DNA from: Acidobacteriaceae bacterium
GTDB taxonomy: Bacteria > Acidobacteriota > Terriglobia > Terriglobales > Acidobacteriaceae
Direction: 5' to 3'
Assembly (NCBI GenBank): GCA_025462785.1
Contig: JAOAPG010000327.1
Location: forward strand, 1-49,793
Length of the DNA stretch: 49,793 nucleotides
Made by a program: the position numbers and the translations under genes. Below are positions 8,052 through 17,600 of the stretch, piece after piece. How positions within the stretch are numbered: the stretch's first letter is position 1; the number at the start of each line of letters is the position of its first letter. Under the pieces are notes generated by a model that saw nothing but the letters and a program-made list of their open reading frames with translations, was not told the origin of the DNA and did not search any database.

Positions 8052-9956
8052 GTGACCCGGTTTTGGCGTCGCATTTTGTTTTCCGGGAAAATCTCACATC
8101 CAGTTCTTCCAAGGTCAGTTCCCGAAGCGAGTTGCTCAAACAAGGAAGCCCCGCCGCACACGCGCTTCTCTCCCTCTCTTATTGGCCTCGTCGTATTCTT
8201 CCTCCTGGCTACACCCTCTTTGGCGCAGGACGTTCAGACTTCCGCTCTAGAGAATTCGTCGACTCAGGAAAATGCAGCCACCGGGAATCCTCCGGCTCGC
8301 GTTGCTCGGATCAGTTACCTGAAAGGGAACGTCTCTTTCTTACGGGCAGGACTGGATCAGTGGAGCCAGGCGACAATTAACTTTCCAGCGACGACAGGTG
8401 ATCGAATCTATACGGACAAAGGTGCTCGGGCAGAACTAGAAGTGGGTCCCTACACTGTGCGCTTGTCAGAATCCACGGACCTCACCATAACGAATCTGGA
8501 CGACAAGACTATGCAGCTGGGGTTAGCGCAAGGCACAGTGCGCGTGAGCGTTTATCAGTTGCCTTCGGATAATATCGTGGAACTTGACACGCCGAATGGA
8601 GCTCTTACAGTTGTTGCACCCGGTAAGTATCGCATCGATACCGATCCAGATAACAACCGGACGCGTGCGAGTGTGAATAGCGGCAGCTTGGAAGTAGGCG
8701 GTGCAGATGTTCCTCAAAATGTCGCAGCTGGCCAGGCAGTTGAGCTTATAGGACAAGATCCGGTCGTGGCGGATTCCACTGATATGCCTCCGCCGGATGC
8801 CTTTGATAGATGGTGCGAGGAACGGGACCATCACCTTGCGTCGTCCGTCTCTGCACAATATGTGAACCCGTCAACTCCCGGCTATGACGACCTCGATGCT
8901 TACGGCTCATGGCAGGAGGTTGTCGACTATGGTCCAGTGTGGTTTCCCGCAGGTGTGGCAGTGGGCTGGGTCCCTTATCGTTTCGGTCACTGGGCGTGGA
9001 TTGACCCTTGGGGCTGGACCTGGATTGAAGATGAACCATGGGGATTTTGCACGTTTCATTTTGGCCGGTGGGTTTTCATTGGATCTGTTTGGGGCTGGTT
9101 GCCAGGACCGCTTCTTGTCGCTCCGGTTTACGCGCCCGCTTTCGTTGCCTTCCTGGGAGGGCCAGGCTTCGACATCGGAATAGGTGTTGGATTGGTAGGC
9201 TGGTTTCCCTTGGGACCCGGCGAACCGTTTTTTCCGTGGTATCACTTCGGGGGCGAATATCTGCGCGTGGTCAACATAACTAATATTCGCAACGTGACCA
9301 ACATTACGAACATCACGAATATAACCAACATAAATAACGTGCATTACGCGTATCGTGACATAGCAACAACAGCAGTACCAAAAGACGTGTTCAGCAGAGG
9401 GGATCCGGTAGCTAACCATGCAGTTCGGCTTTCCTCGCAGCAACTCGCAAAGGCACAGATAACTCCGCATCCTCCGGTTAACCCGGCGAGGACTGCAGTA
9501 ATGCCCGGGAAACCCGTGCCAAAGCCCCCGGTTCGTCCGGTTCACTTTGCTGCGGCACCCAGGGCGCAAAACCTCTTTCGTGCGGGCCCAGGTGGTAATC
9601 GACTCCCAGTACCACCGGTAGCACGCAATGCGCCGCCGAGCGGCGGTGCAGAACACACTCCACCGCGTGCGGTGCCTCCGCCTAGAGTTGCTGGAACGAG
9701 GCCGCCGGGCGCACCACCGCCTCCGATGTTGTATAGAAATCCTCCACCTCCACCGGCAGTTCCCTTCGCAGTACGACGTCCGGTAATGGTGGAACACCCA
9801 GGTAGACCGCTCGAACCAGTCCAAGTCGAGGCATTACGTGCAGCAAGACCTGTTGGTCCGATGGTCGATCACGAGTTTCCTCCACATGTGGCGCCGGTGA
9901 TCCGTGAAACGCCGACTCCACCACCTCCGGCGGCTCGACCGCCGAGAGTCCGATGA
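8052..9956 (+). CDS. FecR-like domain protein with Trp/Gly-rich central region and Pro-rich C-terminus
   Basis: GTG start and signal-like LIGLVVFFLLATPSLAQD. FecR-like segment ISYLKGNVSFLRAG...GDRIYTDKGARAELEV. W-rich block YGSWQEVVDYGPVWFP...HWAWIDPWGWTWIEDEPWGF...HFGRW. The C-terminal 150 aa are very Pro-rich. Confidence 0.65.
   Translation: MTRFWRRILFSGKISHPVLPRSVPEASCSNKEAPPHTRFSPSLIGLVVFFLLATPSLAQDVQTSALENSSTQENAATGNPPARVARISYLKGNVSFLRAGLDQWSQATINFPATTGDRIYTDKGARAELEVGPYTVRLSESTDLTITNLDDKTMQLGLAQGTVRVSVYQLPSDNIVELDTPNGALTVVAPGKYRIDTDPDNNRTRASVNSGSLEVGGADVPQNVAAGQAVELIGQDPVVADSTDMPPPDAFDRWCEERDHHLASSVSAQYVNPSTPGYDDLDAYGSWQEVVDYGPVWFPAGVAVGWVPYRFGHWAWIDPWGWTWIEDEPWGFCTFHFGRWVFIGSVWGWLPGPLLVAPVYAPAFVAFLGGPGFDIGIGVGLVGWFPLGPGEPFFPWYHFGGEYLRVVNITNIRNVTNITNITNITNINNVHYAYRDIATTAVPKDVFSRGDPVANHAVRLSSQQLAKAQITPHPPVNPARTAVMPGKPVPKPPVRPVHFAAAPRAQNLFRAGPGGNRLPVPPVARNAPPSGGAEHTPPRAVPPPRVAGTRPPGAPPPPMLYRNPPPPPAVPFAVRRPVMVEHPGRPLEPVQVEALRAARPVGPMVDHEFPPHVAPVIRETPTPPPPAARPPRVR
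9273..9341 (+). repeat. imperfect 9-nt tandem repeat encoding (N-I/V-T/R)x7 inside the 8052..9956 CDS
   Basis: The nucleotide run aacataact aatattcgc aacgtgacc aacattacg aacatcacg aatataacc aacataaat translates to NITNIRNVTNITNITNITNIN. Confidence 0.9.
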
Positions 9957-9972
9957 TTCAGAGGTACCAACT

Positions 9973-10332
9973 GTGGCAATCAAACTAAACACGAGAGCAT
10001 TCGACTACGCCAAAGAACTTGTCCTAACAGGAAGGGCGGTGTTCGACGGACGTGATGCATGGAGCGAACACCAACCCTCTGCGGAGAAGGAGAATGAGTT
10101 CATCCGCGCTCACGGATTTCACGAATACGGGAAGTGGCACTTGGGAGTTGATGACGAATTCGCCGAAGACACAAAACGAAGATATAAATTCCCATACGGC
10201 GATTTTAAGGATGTGCACCGTTGCGCGGTGCTTTCGGCCGAGAGCCGTGCTGGACAGTATAAGCACTACGACATCGAAAACGCGGCAGCGCACCTGCACG
10301 GGATGATCGACGCTGCGTCAAAAGCTGCCTGA
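9973..10332 (+). CDS. hypothetical protein
   Basis: The long ORF starts at 9904 but overlaps the upstream CDS, so an in-frame GTG at about 9973 (VAIKLNTRAF...) is more plausible. No family name recalled. The start is uncertain. Confidence 0.5.
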   Translation: MAIKLNTRAFDYAKELVLTGRAVFDGRDAWSEHQPSAEKENEFIRAHGFHEYGKWHLGVDDEFAEDTKRRYKFPYGDFKDVHRCAVLSAESRAGQYKHYDIENAAAHLHGMIDAASKAA

Positions 10333-10814
10333 AAGAGAGTCTCTCTCGCAACCTTTAAGCCTGAAGTCGTATGAGCCTTTTAACCGGAAGGTGGAGTCTC
10401 TCATAGAGAGACCCGCGCAATCCGGCTCTATCCGCACGGGCAATTGTTATAGGTGTCATCGGTCGTTAACATTTTGACTTAGGAGCCAAATCCCTTATGG
10501 ATACACCGAAGGGCAAGCAGCATTGGTTCGAATTGGCGGTTATTCACAAATTGAAACGTAAAGTTCGGAGTAGGCCGCCGCCTATTTCAGAAAATAACCC
10601 ATAACAACTTACAAAAGGGGCCTGTTAGCGGCGATGTCCCGCGTTCCGTTTGAGTCTGGGCGCAAGTTGGCCTGACTGCTCCGAGGATAACTTAGGGTCC
10701 CCTTGCCCGATCTCGATTCTGGGACCTTGGGCGAACGAGACACTCTCCATGGCAATTCTTGGAGCTACAGCGACTAAAGCCGCAGGACGCCGCTTACCGA
10801 GGGTGCCCTCCACA

Positions 10815-11780
10815 ATGAGGGCCGCCGCGATTGATCGATTTGGACCGCCAGCGGTCCTCACACTTCACGCTGTTCCAGTGCCAGAACACGGGCCACATGA
10901 TGTACTAATGGCGCTTTACTCTGCTGGCGTTGGCGTGTGGGATACTTGGATACGCGACGGTTCGTGGAGGCCTTATGGGACTCCTAAATTTCCTCTTGTG
11001 CCCGGAACCGACGGCGCAGGTGTGATTGTCGAAAAGGGAGCTAGAGTCAGAGATTTCGAAATAGGCGAGCGCGTTTATGGAGTCGATTTTTCCGATCCTC
11101 AAGGCGGCTTTTATGCCGAGTTTAAAGCAATAGACGACCAGCACGTTGCACGCGTTCCGAAACCGCTCGACATGTTGCAGGCTGGAGCCGCACCGGTGCC
11201 AGGATTAACCGCGCTACAGGGAATTGATGATCATCTGCACGTGCGTCGAGAAGAGTATGTCTTGATCTTCGGTGCGACGGGCTCGGTGGGAACACTTGCA
11301 GTTCAGTTCGCGAAGCGCCATCACGCACGTGTTATTGCTACAGCCTCTGGCGGACCTGCAACCGCGCTCGTCAAGAAACTAGGAGCTAGCAGCGTCTTTG
11401 ATCCTCGTAGCGACAATGCCGTGGAAGAGCTTACCGGCCGTGCGCCTCATGGTATTGACGCAGTCCTAGCTTTAGCGGGTGGGGATGATCTCGAGAAATG
11501 TCTTGACCTCGTAAATAAAGATGGTCGAGTGGCGTACCCCAATGGGGTGGAACCCGAGCCCAGGCGCCGATCCAAATTCCGCCTGATTTCCTATGACGCG
11601 GCTGTTGGTCCGCAGGAATTTGCACGACTGGAGCAGGCCACAATAGAGGCTCGGCTTCATGTACCTGTTGCGGGGGCATATCCGTTGGCAGAGGCGGCGA
11701 AAGCTCATGAGCGGCTGGAGGCGGGTCACATACTCGGCAGAATTGTCTTGCGCATTCGAAGAATGCCGGCGAGGCAATAA
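10815..11780 (+). CDS. NADPH:quinone oxidoreductase-like, MDR (zinc-type alcohol dehydrogenase-like) superfamily
   Basis: MRAAAIDRFGPPAVL...PGTDGAGVIVEKG...VLIFGATGSVGTLAVQFAK...HILGRIVL. The start was moved to the ATG at 10815; the 55-codon upstream extension has no family-like sequence. Confidence 0.85.
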   Translation: MRAAAIDRFGPPAVLTLHAVPVPEHGPHDVLMALYSAGVGVWDTWIRDGSWRPYGTPKFPLVPGTDGAGVIVEKGARVRDFEIGERVYGVDFSDPQGGFYAEFKAIDDQHVARVPKPLDMLQAGAAPVPGLTALQGIDDHLHVRREEYVLIFGATGSVGTLAVQFAKRHHARVIATASGGPATALVKKLGASSVFDPRSDNAVEELTGRAPHGIDAVLALAGGDDLEKCLDLVNKDGRVAYPNGVEPEPRRRSKFRLISYDAAVGPQEFARLEQATIEARLHVPVAGAYPLAEAAKAHERLEAGHILGRIVLRIRRMPARQ

Positions 11781-12251
11781 ATGGCTGCGAAGATCTTGAG
11801 TCCGGGGACTACGGCTCCGGATTTCACGCTCAACGTCACTCCTGATCAAAAGCTTAGGCTCAGTGAGTTGCGAGGCAAGCCCGTAATTCTGGCGTTCTAT
11901 CCCGCTGATTGGAGTCCGGTGTGCGGAGATCAAATGTCGCTCTATAACCAAGTCCTTCCCGAGTTTAAAAAATACGGAGCGGAGCTTCTGGGTATCTCCG
12001 TAGACGGTGCCTGGTGCCATGCGGCGTTTGTAAAGGACCGCCACCTGCACTTCCCACTACTTTCCGATTTTGAGCCGAAAGGCGCAGTGGCCAAACAATA
12101 CGGCGCCTACCGCGATAAGGACGGGTTTTGCGAACGCGCTCTGTTTGTTCTCGATAAAGACGGGACGATCACTTGGAGTTACTGCTCGCCCGTCGCGGTG
12201 AATCCCGGCGCGGACGGGATCCTGCGAGCGCTCGAGGATCTGCCTAAATAG
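11781..12251 (+). CDS. peroxiredoxin (AhpC/TSA - Bcp/AhpE-like)
   Basis: APDFTL...GKPVILAFYPADWSPVCGDQ carries the peroxidatic Cys motif. The ATG follows the upstream TAA immediately. Confidence 0.9.
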   Translation: MAAKILSPGTTAPDFTLNVTPDQKLRLSELRGKPVILAFYPADWSPVCGDQMSLYNQVLPEFKKYGAELLGISVDGAWCHAAFVKDRHLHFPLLSDFEPKGAVAKQYGAYRDKDGFCERALFVLDKDGTITWSYCSPVAVNPGADGILRALEDLPK

Positions 12252-12262
12252 GGGAATTGTTT

Positions 12263-12811
12263 ATGGCTTCCACGTTAAAAGTTCCAGTTTCATCTAGCGA
12301 CCATATTCAAGGAGATGAACATGCGCCCGTCACTCTTGTCGAATATGGCGATTACGAATGTCCGCACTGCGGGGTTGCTTACTACATCGTGAAGACCGTA
12401 CAGAACCACTACGGGAACCAGCTGAGATTTGTGTTCCGCAACTTCCCGCTGACCGAGATCCATCCTTACGCTGAGCCGGCGGCGGAGGCTGCAGAGTTAG
12501 CCGCAGTCTACGACCAGTTCTGGGAGATGCACGATGGTATTTACGAAAACCAAGACCGGCTAGGCATTCCATTGCTTTTCGAACTCGGGGGCGAGCTCGG
12601 ATTGCCCCCAAACCGTCTTCGCGATGCGATCGCCAATCACGAATTCTCCGACAAGATTCAAGGTGATTTCCTAGGCGGCGTCCGCAGTGGCGTCAACGGC
12701 ACTCCCACGTTCTTTGTTAACAACATTCGGCATGACGGATCGTACGAGTTCGAAGATCTTGTTGCCGACATAGACGCTCACCTGTCGCAAGCAAAAGCCG
12801 TGTCCAAATAA
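12263..12811 (+). CDS. DsbA-family thioredoxin-fold protein (no signal peptide)
   Basis: CPHC active-site motif in VEYGDYECPHCG, and C-terminal GVNGTPTFFVN. GGGGA lies 7 nt upstream of the ATG at 12263. Confidence 0.85.
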   Translation: MASTLKVPVSSSDHIQGDEHAPVTLVEYGDYECPHCGVAYYIVKTVQNHYGNQLRFVFRNFPLTEIHPYAEPAAEAAELAAVYDQFWEMHDGIYENQDRLGIPLLFELGGELGLPPNRLRDAIANHEFSDKIQGDFLGGVRSGVNGTPTFFVNNIRHDGSYEFEDLVADIDAHLSQAKAVSK

Positions 12812-12823
12812 AGAGAAGGTTTT

Positions 12824-14341
12824 ATGACAACTTTAGTTGCAACCATGCCACCGAAATCAGAAACAACAAGCAGCGTGCCGCCGCGCTACTCGGGCTTTAA
12901 CGGCCAATACATCAACGGTTCCTGGCGGCCCGGGCACCGTGGTCGAACGCTCAAGGACACCGATCCTTTCACAGGCGAGACCGTCACAGAAATCGCCATG
13001 GCTGATCAAAGTGATCTCGATGAAGCTTACCAGTCCGCAGAGAAAACCCAACCCGCATGGCGTGATACGCTGCCCGCCGAGCGTGCGGCCATTATGCTGA
13101 GGTCGCTCGAAATCATGGACGCGCGTCATGAAGAGATTCTGGATTGGTTGATACGTGAGTCCGGGAGCACGCGCATCAAGGCGGAAGTCGAGTGGCAGAT
13201 GCTTTTTGCCATCACACGCGAAGCAGCGTCATTCCCATATCGCGTGACGGGACGGATTCTCCCCATTGATGAACCGGGCAAGGAGAGTCGCGCTTACCGT
13301 CAGCCCATTGGCGTTATCGGTGTGATTAGCCCTTGGAATTTTCCAATTTACTTGGCACATCGTTCGGTTGGTCCTGCGATCGCGTTAGGTAACACGGTAG
13401 TCGTTAAGCCTTCTCAGGAGACGCCGATAACCGGAGGCCTGCTGATTGCAAAAATCTACGAGGAAGCAGGATTGCCTCCCGGAGTTTTGAACGTAATAGT
13501 TGGGTCAAGCAGCGAGATAGGCGATGCATTCATTCAGCATCCGATTCCAGCTCTGATTTCGTTCACCGGGTCGACTGATGTAGGGCGACACGTTATGCAA
13601 CTTGCCGCGACGAGTCCTATGCTCAAGCGCGTCGCGCTGGAACTTGGGGGAAATACCCCGTGTGTCGTACTCGATGACGCCGATCTCATTTATGCCGTAA
13701 AGGCTGCGGTTTACGGCAGGTTCCTGCATCAGGGCGAAATCTGCATGAGTACAAATCGCATTATTGTCGACGCAACCTTATATGACGAGTTCGTCGATCG
13801 CTACACAGCTCATGTCAAGACTCTGAAAGCTGGCAACCCCCAAGATCCGGACACAGTAATTGGTCCAATCATTAACTCGAAGCAGCTTACGAACATGATG
13901 AAACACGTCAATGACTCTCGCGCAGGCGGAGCGCGACAGCTTCTCGGAGGAAACCCCAACGGCCTCGTCCTTCCACCTCAAGTCTTCGCGGACGTCACGA
14001 ATGACATGCCGATTGCTAGGTTCGAAACTTTTGGTCCAATTGCGCCCATCATAAAAGTGAATGGCGAGGCTGAAGCACTGCATGTAGCAAACGACACTCC
14101 GTTTGGACTTTCAAGCAGTGTATGCACTCGCGATGAGGCACGCGGACTGCGGTTCGCGCTTGGAGTTCGTGCGGGGATGACCCACGTCAATGACAGCAGC
14201 GTCGACGACACGCCTACAGCTCCATTTGGTGGAGAGAAGAACAGCGGCATAGGCCGTTTTGGCGGTGAGTGGATATTAGAAGAGTTCACAACTCCGCATT
14301 GGATCACGGTGCAACACACGCCGCGCCAATATCCCTTTTGA
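12824..14341 (+). CDS. aldehyde dehydrogenase family protein
   Basis: VISPWNFP, FTGSTDVG, ELGGNTP and GEICMSTNR motifs. 505 aa. Confidence 0.9.
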   Translation: MTTLVATMPPKSETTSSVPPRYSGFNGQYINGSWRPGHRGRTLKDTDPFTGETVTEIAMADQSDLDEAYQSAEKTQPAWRDTLPAERAAIMLRSLEIMDARHEEILDWLIRESGSTRIKAEVEWQMLFAITREAASFPYRVTGRILPIDEPGKESRAYRQPIGVIGVISPWNFPIYLAHRSVGPAIALGNTVVVKPSQETPITGGLLIAKIYEEAGLPPGVLNVIVGSSSEIGDAFIQHPIPALISFTGSTDVGRHVMQLAATSPMLKRVALELGGNTPCVVLDDADLIYAVKAAVYGRFLHQGEICMSTNRIIVDATLYDEFVDRYTAHVKTLKAGNPQDPDTVIGPIINSKQLTNMMKHVNDSRAGGARQLLGGNPNGLVLPPQVFADVTNDMPIARFETFGPIAPIIKVNGEAEALHVANDTPFGLSSSVCTRDEARGLRFALGVRAGMTHVNDSSVDDTPTAPFGGEKNSGIGRFGGEWILEEFTTPHWITVQHTPRQYPF

Positions 14342-14374
14342 GTCCCAAAGGAGATCGACAGAAAGAAAAATGAA

Positions 14375-15265
14375 ATGAAAGTAGGATTTATAGGTCTAGG
14401 CAACATGGGTTCAGGTATGGCTCGCAACCTTATTAAGGCGGGACACACTCTGACTGTCTTCAATCGGACAAAAAGCCGTGCCGAAGAATTTAGATCGCTG
14501 GGTGCAACTGTTGCTGGAACGCCCGGCGAAGCTGCTGCAGGAGCAGAGGTCGTTATCACGATGCTCGCCGATGATGCGGCGGTGGAAGATGCAGTGCTTG
14601 GGCCGGGACGCGTCCTCCAATCCCTTCCCGCGGGCGCCGTACATGTTTCCATGAGCACAATCAGCGTGGCGCTCTCACGCCGGCTGACCGCGGCTCACCG
14701 CGAGAAGCAGCAGTACTTTTTGGCAGCTCCGGTGTTTGGACGTCCCGATGCAGCTGCTGCCGCAAAACTCTTCATAGTCGCGGCTGGTCCCACCGACCAG
14801 ATCGAACGTTGCCGACCTTTGTTTGAAGCCATGGGGCAAAAGACATTCGTTGCTGGCGAAGATTCACCCGAAGCGAACTTAATCAAGCTGACTGGCAATT
14901 TCATGATCACCGTCGCGATAGAGAGTCTGGGAGAGGCCTTTGCTCTGATACGGAAATCCGGCTTTGATCCCAACAAGTTTCTGGAAGTGATGACCGGTTC
15001 GCTTTTTGCGGCTCCAGTCTTCCGGAACTATGGTGCGATCATCGCCGCCGAAAAGTTTGAGCCACCGGGTTTCAAATTGCCGCTTGGTTTAAAAGACAAC
15101 CGATTAGTTCTCGCTGCAGCGGAAGAGGCGGCTGTCCCCATGCCTATGGCAAGCCTTGTGCGTGATCGATTCTTAGCTGCCCTAGCACAGGAAATGGGAA
15201 ATGCGGACTGGTCGGCGATCGCTACTGTCTCGTTCCGAGATGCGGGACTCGAAAAGGCGGCTTAA
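14375..15265 (+). CDS. NAD(P)-dependent beta-hydroxyacid (3-hydroxyisobutyrate-type) dehydrogenase
   Basis: MKVGFIGLGNMGSGMARNL Rossmann motif and family-typical length (296 aa). Confidence 0.85.
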   Translation: MKVGFIGLGNMGSGMARNLIKAGHTLTVFNRTKSRAEEFRSLGATVAGTPGEAAAGAEVVITMLADDAAVEDAVLGPGRVLQSLPAGAVHVSMSTISVALSRRLTAAHREKQQYFLAAPVFGRPDAAAAAKLFIVAAGPTDQIERCRPLFEAMGQKTFVAGEDSPEANLIKLTGNFMITVAIESLGEAFALIRKSGFDPNKFLEVMTGSLFAAPVFRNYGAIIAAEKFEPPGFKLPLGLKDNRLVLAAAEEAAVPMPMASLVRDRFLAALAQEMGNADWSAIATVSFRDAGLEKAA

Positions 15266-15301
15266 TTCTTTAGGTTGAAGTTCGGCAATAGCGGAGGTTG
15301 T

Positions 15302-15664
15302 ATGGCAACGGCAACAACAGGGCTAAAAGAACGGCTGGCGCAAGAATCTGAAATCCAACTCACTGTAACGGGGAGAAAAACTGGACGCCCAATCACCAAT
15401 ACTGTCTGGTTCGTCCTTGAGGGCAACAAACTTTATCTATTGCCAGTTAAGGGTAACGATAGTCAATGGTTCAAGAACGTGCTCGCTAATCCGACAATAA
15501 AGATTTCGGTCGGGGATGTAGAAGGCGAGTTTAAAGTTACGCCAACAACCGACTCGAATATTGTTTCTTCTGTAGTTGAGAAGTTCCGCAACAAGTACGG
15601 CGCAGAAGATGTAAAGAAGTACTACTCGAAATTCGATGCCGCCGTTGTAGTTGATCTCGGCTAG
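15302..15664 (+). CDS. nitroreductase/deazaflavin-dependent oxidoreductase-like (DUF385-type) protein
   Basis: TGRKTGRPITNTVWFVLEGNKLYLLP...SQWFKNVLANPTIKISVG matches the family pattern. GGAGG at 15293-15297 precedes the ATG at 15302. Confidence 0.65.
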   Translation: MATATTGLKERLAQESEIQLTVTGRKTGRPITNTVWFVLEGNKLYLLPVKGNDSQWFKNVLANPTIKISVGDVEGEFKVTPTTDSNIVSSVVEKFRNKYGAEDVKKYYSKFDAAVVVDLG

Positions 15665-15838
15665 CAACATCGGCCAGAACCTGATTGTGCGAGTTCTCTT
15701 TGATATTGCCAAGCTCCTAAAACATCGTTCGAACGTCGGCTGCACGCACTTGTAAGTCCTATGTCGCAAGGACAATTGATTCTCCGGATGAATTGTTCTA
15801 GCGAATCTCAGTTATTAGCCTCGTAACCAAGGCCTTTT

Positions 15839-16244
15839 ATGATCACGCTGAATAACGCAAGAGAAATAATTTCCGCCGCCGAGAAGCGGGCATTGGAAAT
15901 CGGTCAACCGATGAACATAGCCGTAGTCGACTCCGGAGCCAACTTAATAGCACACGCACGAATGGATGGAGCTTGGATCGGCAGTATAGATATCTCCATC
16001 AACAAAGCATTTACAGCCAGAGCACTCGACATTTCCACAAAAGAGCTGGCTACCCACTCTCAACCCGGTAAACAGTTTTTCGGGATTCACGCCTCGAAAC
16101 ATGGCCGAATCATGATTTTTGCTGGCGGCATCCCCCTGAAACAAGGTGGCAAGGTGATCGGAGCAGTTGGCGTTTAGCGGCGGTTCTGGCGACCAGGATC
16201 AAACTGTGCCCGAAGCAGGCGCAGCCGCTTTCAAACCGAGTTGA
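15839..16244 (+). pseudogene. GlcG/HbpS-like (DUF336) heme-binding protein gene with a +1 frameshift near the 3' end
   Basis: The ORF ends ...KVIGAVGV then TAG at 16175-16177. The next frame reads SGGSGDQDQTVPEAGAAAFKPS to TGA at 16242-16244, which is the conserved GxxGVSGG continuation. Removing one T from GTTT (16172-16175; the T run is 16173-16175) restores the frame. Confidence 0.7.
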
Positions 16245-16285
16245 ACTATTCAACTAATGCATTCACCTAAATAGGAAGAAAAGCT

Positions 16286-17488
16286 ATGGCAAACAATCGT
16301 GCAGTGGTTTACATGGGGCCTCATAAGGTTGAGGTTCAAAGCATCGACTATCCAAAACTAGTTGCTCCCGACGGCCGAAAGTGCAATCACGGGGTCATCG
16401 TCAAGTTGGTATTAACCAATATTTGTGGAAGCGACCTGCACATGTATAGAGGGCGAACCTCGGCTCCGAAAGGGACCGTGCTTGGTCACGAGAACACGGG
16501 TGAAGTCATTGAGGCTGGTCCTGATGTGGAGTACATCAAAGTCGGAGACCTGGTCTCGGTTCCATTCAACATAGCGTGTGGCCGCTGCCGCAACTGCAAG
16601 GAACGCTTTACTAATCTCTGCCAAAACACAAATCCCGCTGGTATTGGCGGAGCTTATGGATTCGTCGGAATGGGCGGCTGGAAAGGAGGCCAAGCTGATT
16701 ACCTGATGGTTCCATACGCAGACTTCAATCTGCTGAAATTTCCCGACAAGGACCAGGCAATGGAGAAAATCGACTCGCTCACGCTGCTGTCGGATATTTT
16801 TCCCACCGGGTATCACGGCGCCGTACAGGCCGGCGTAGGTTCCGGCTCCACCGTCTACATAGCCGGCGCCGGTCCGGTCGGTTTGTGTTGCGCTGAGTCA
16901 TCTTTCTTCCTGGGAGCAGCCGTTGTTATCGTAGGCGACCGAAACCCAGAGCGACTCGCATTAGCCAAGAAGATGGGATGCGAGACCATCGACATAACTA
17001 AGACGGACTCTCTTAGGGACAGTATTCAGCAGATATTGGGAGTTCCGGAGGTGGATGCCTCGGTGGATTGCGTTGGCTATGAAGCACACGGACTGGGCAA
17101 GCAGTCCGATGTTGAAGCACCAGTGCTGAACCCACTCATGGATGTTTCCCGCGTTCCTAGTGGCATTGGGGTTCCTGGCCTCTACCTCCCCGAAGATCCG
17201 GAAGGAGCCGACGAAATGCGAAAGCAAGGAATCCAGCCACTGCGCTGGGGTCTTGCCTGGGTAAAAGGTCAGTCGATATGGGGAGGCCAATGTCCCGTGA
17301 TGAAATATCACCGCGAACTGATGGAAGCCATCCTCCACGACAGGGTCAATCCCGGTAAGCATTTGCAAGTCACGCTGATTTCCCTCGAGCAAGCCCCCCA
17401 GGCATATAAAGACTTCGACAAAGGAGCACCGAGGAAATTTGTCTTTGATCCGCACGGGATGGTGAAGTCTCTAGCGAAGGCAGCGTAG
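16286..17488 (+). CDS. fdhA: glutathione-independent formaldehyde dehydrogenase
   Basis: Close match along its length to the Pseudomonas putida FDH pattern: VVYMGPHKVEVQSIDYPKL...TNICGSDLHMYRGRT...VPFNIACGRCRNCKE...GGQADYLMVPYADFNLLKFPD...KFVFDPH. 400 aa. Confidence 0.9.
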   Translation: MANNRAVVYMGPHKVEVQSIDYPKLVAPDGRKCNHGVIVKLVLTNICGSDLHMYRGRTSAPKGTVLGHENTGEVIEAGPDVEYIKVGDLVSVPFNIACGRCRNCKERFTNLCQNTNPAGIGGAYGFVGMGGWKGGQADYLMVPYADFNLLKFPDKDQAMEKIDSLTLLSDIFPTGYHGAVQAGVGSGSTVYIAGAGPVGLCCAESSFFLGAAVVIVGDRNPERLALAKKMGCETIDITKTDSLRDSIQQILGVPEVDASVDCVGYEAHGLGKQSDVEAPVLNPLMDVSRVPSGIGVPGLYLPEDPEGADEMRKQGIQPLRWGLAWVKGQSIWGGQCPVMKYHRELMEAILHDRVNPGKHLQVTLISLEQAPQAYKDFDKGAPRKFVFDPHGMVKSLAKAA

Positions 17489-17600
17489 ATGTAACCAGCG
17501 CGGAGGATAGACGGTCTCCTTTTTGACTGGTTGAAGCATCTTAAAGGTCGTCGAGTTAGGTCGATGGCCATATTAACGATGAATTCAAAGGAGATGTGGA

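Noticed and set aside
9273-9341. Short periodic repeat considered as a possible CRISPR-like or minisatellite element
   Set aside because: The period is only 9 nt, there are no spacers, and it is in frame within a CDS. It is a coding tripeptide repeat.
8907-9824. 305-aa minus-strand ORF opposite the FecR-like/Pro-rich gene. Similar long antisense ORFs occur at 5913..6527, 13978..14658, 17929..18480 and 11472..12050.
   Set aside because: Each lies antisense to a gene with clear family motifs, and all are Arg/Ser/Cys-rich. The long open frames are explained by GC-rich or Pro-rich codons on the sense strand.
10525-10533. GGTTCGAAT, a tRNA T-loop-like string in the 480-nt gap upstream of the quinone oxidoreductase gene
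   Set aside because: Flanking bases do not form a T-stem (attgg versus tggcg). No acceptor, D or anticodon arms can be drawn. I found no tRNA anywhere in the window.
10498-10605. 35-codon ORF (MDTPKGKQHWFELAVIHKLKRKVRSRPPPISENNP) with AGGAG 12 nt upstream
   Set aside because: It is too short and has a poorly spaced RBS, with no supporting evidence available from sequence alone.
10650-10814. N-terminal extensions of track ORFs (10650, 24565, 29524, 35289, 35134, 36694, 47463, 20746, 43825)
   Set aside because: Internal start codons with better Shine-Dalgarno sequences coincide with the start of the family-typical sequence or signal peptide. The extensions have no homologous-looking sequence, and some overlap neighbouring genes. 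The 29524 versus 29299 choice remains uncertain.
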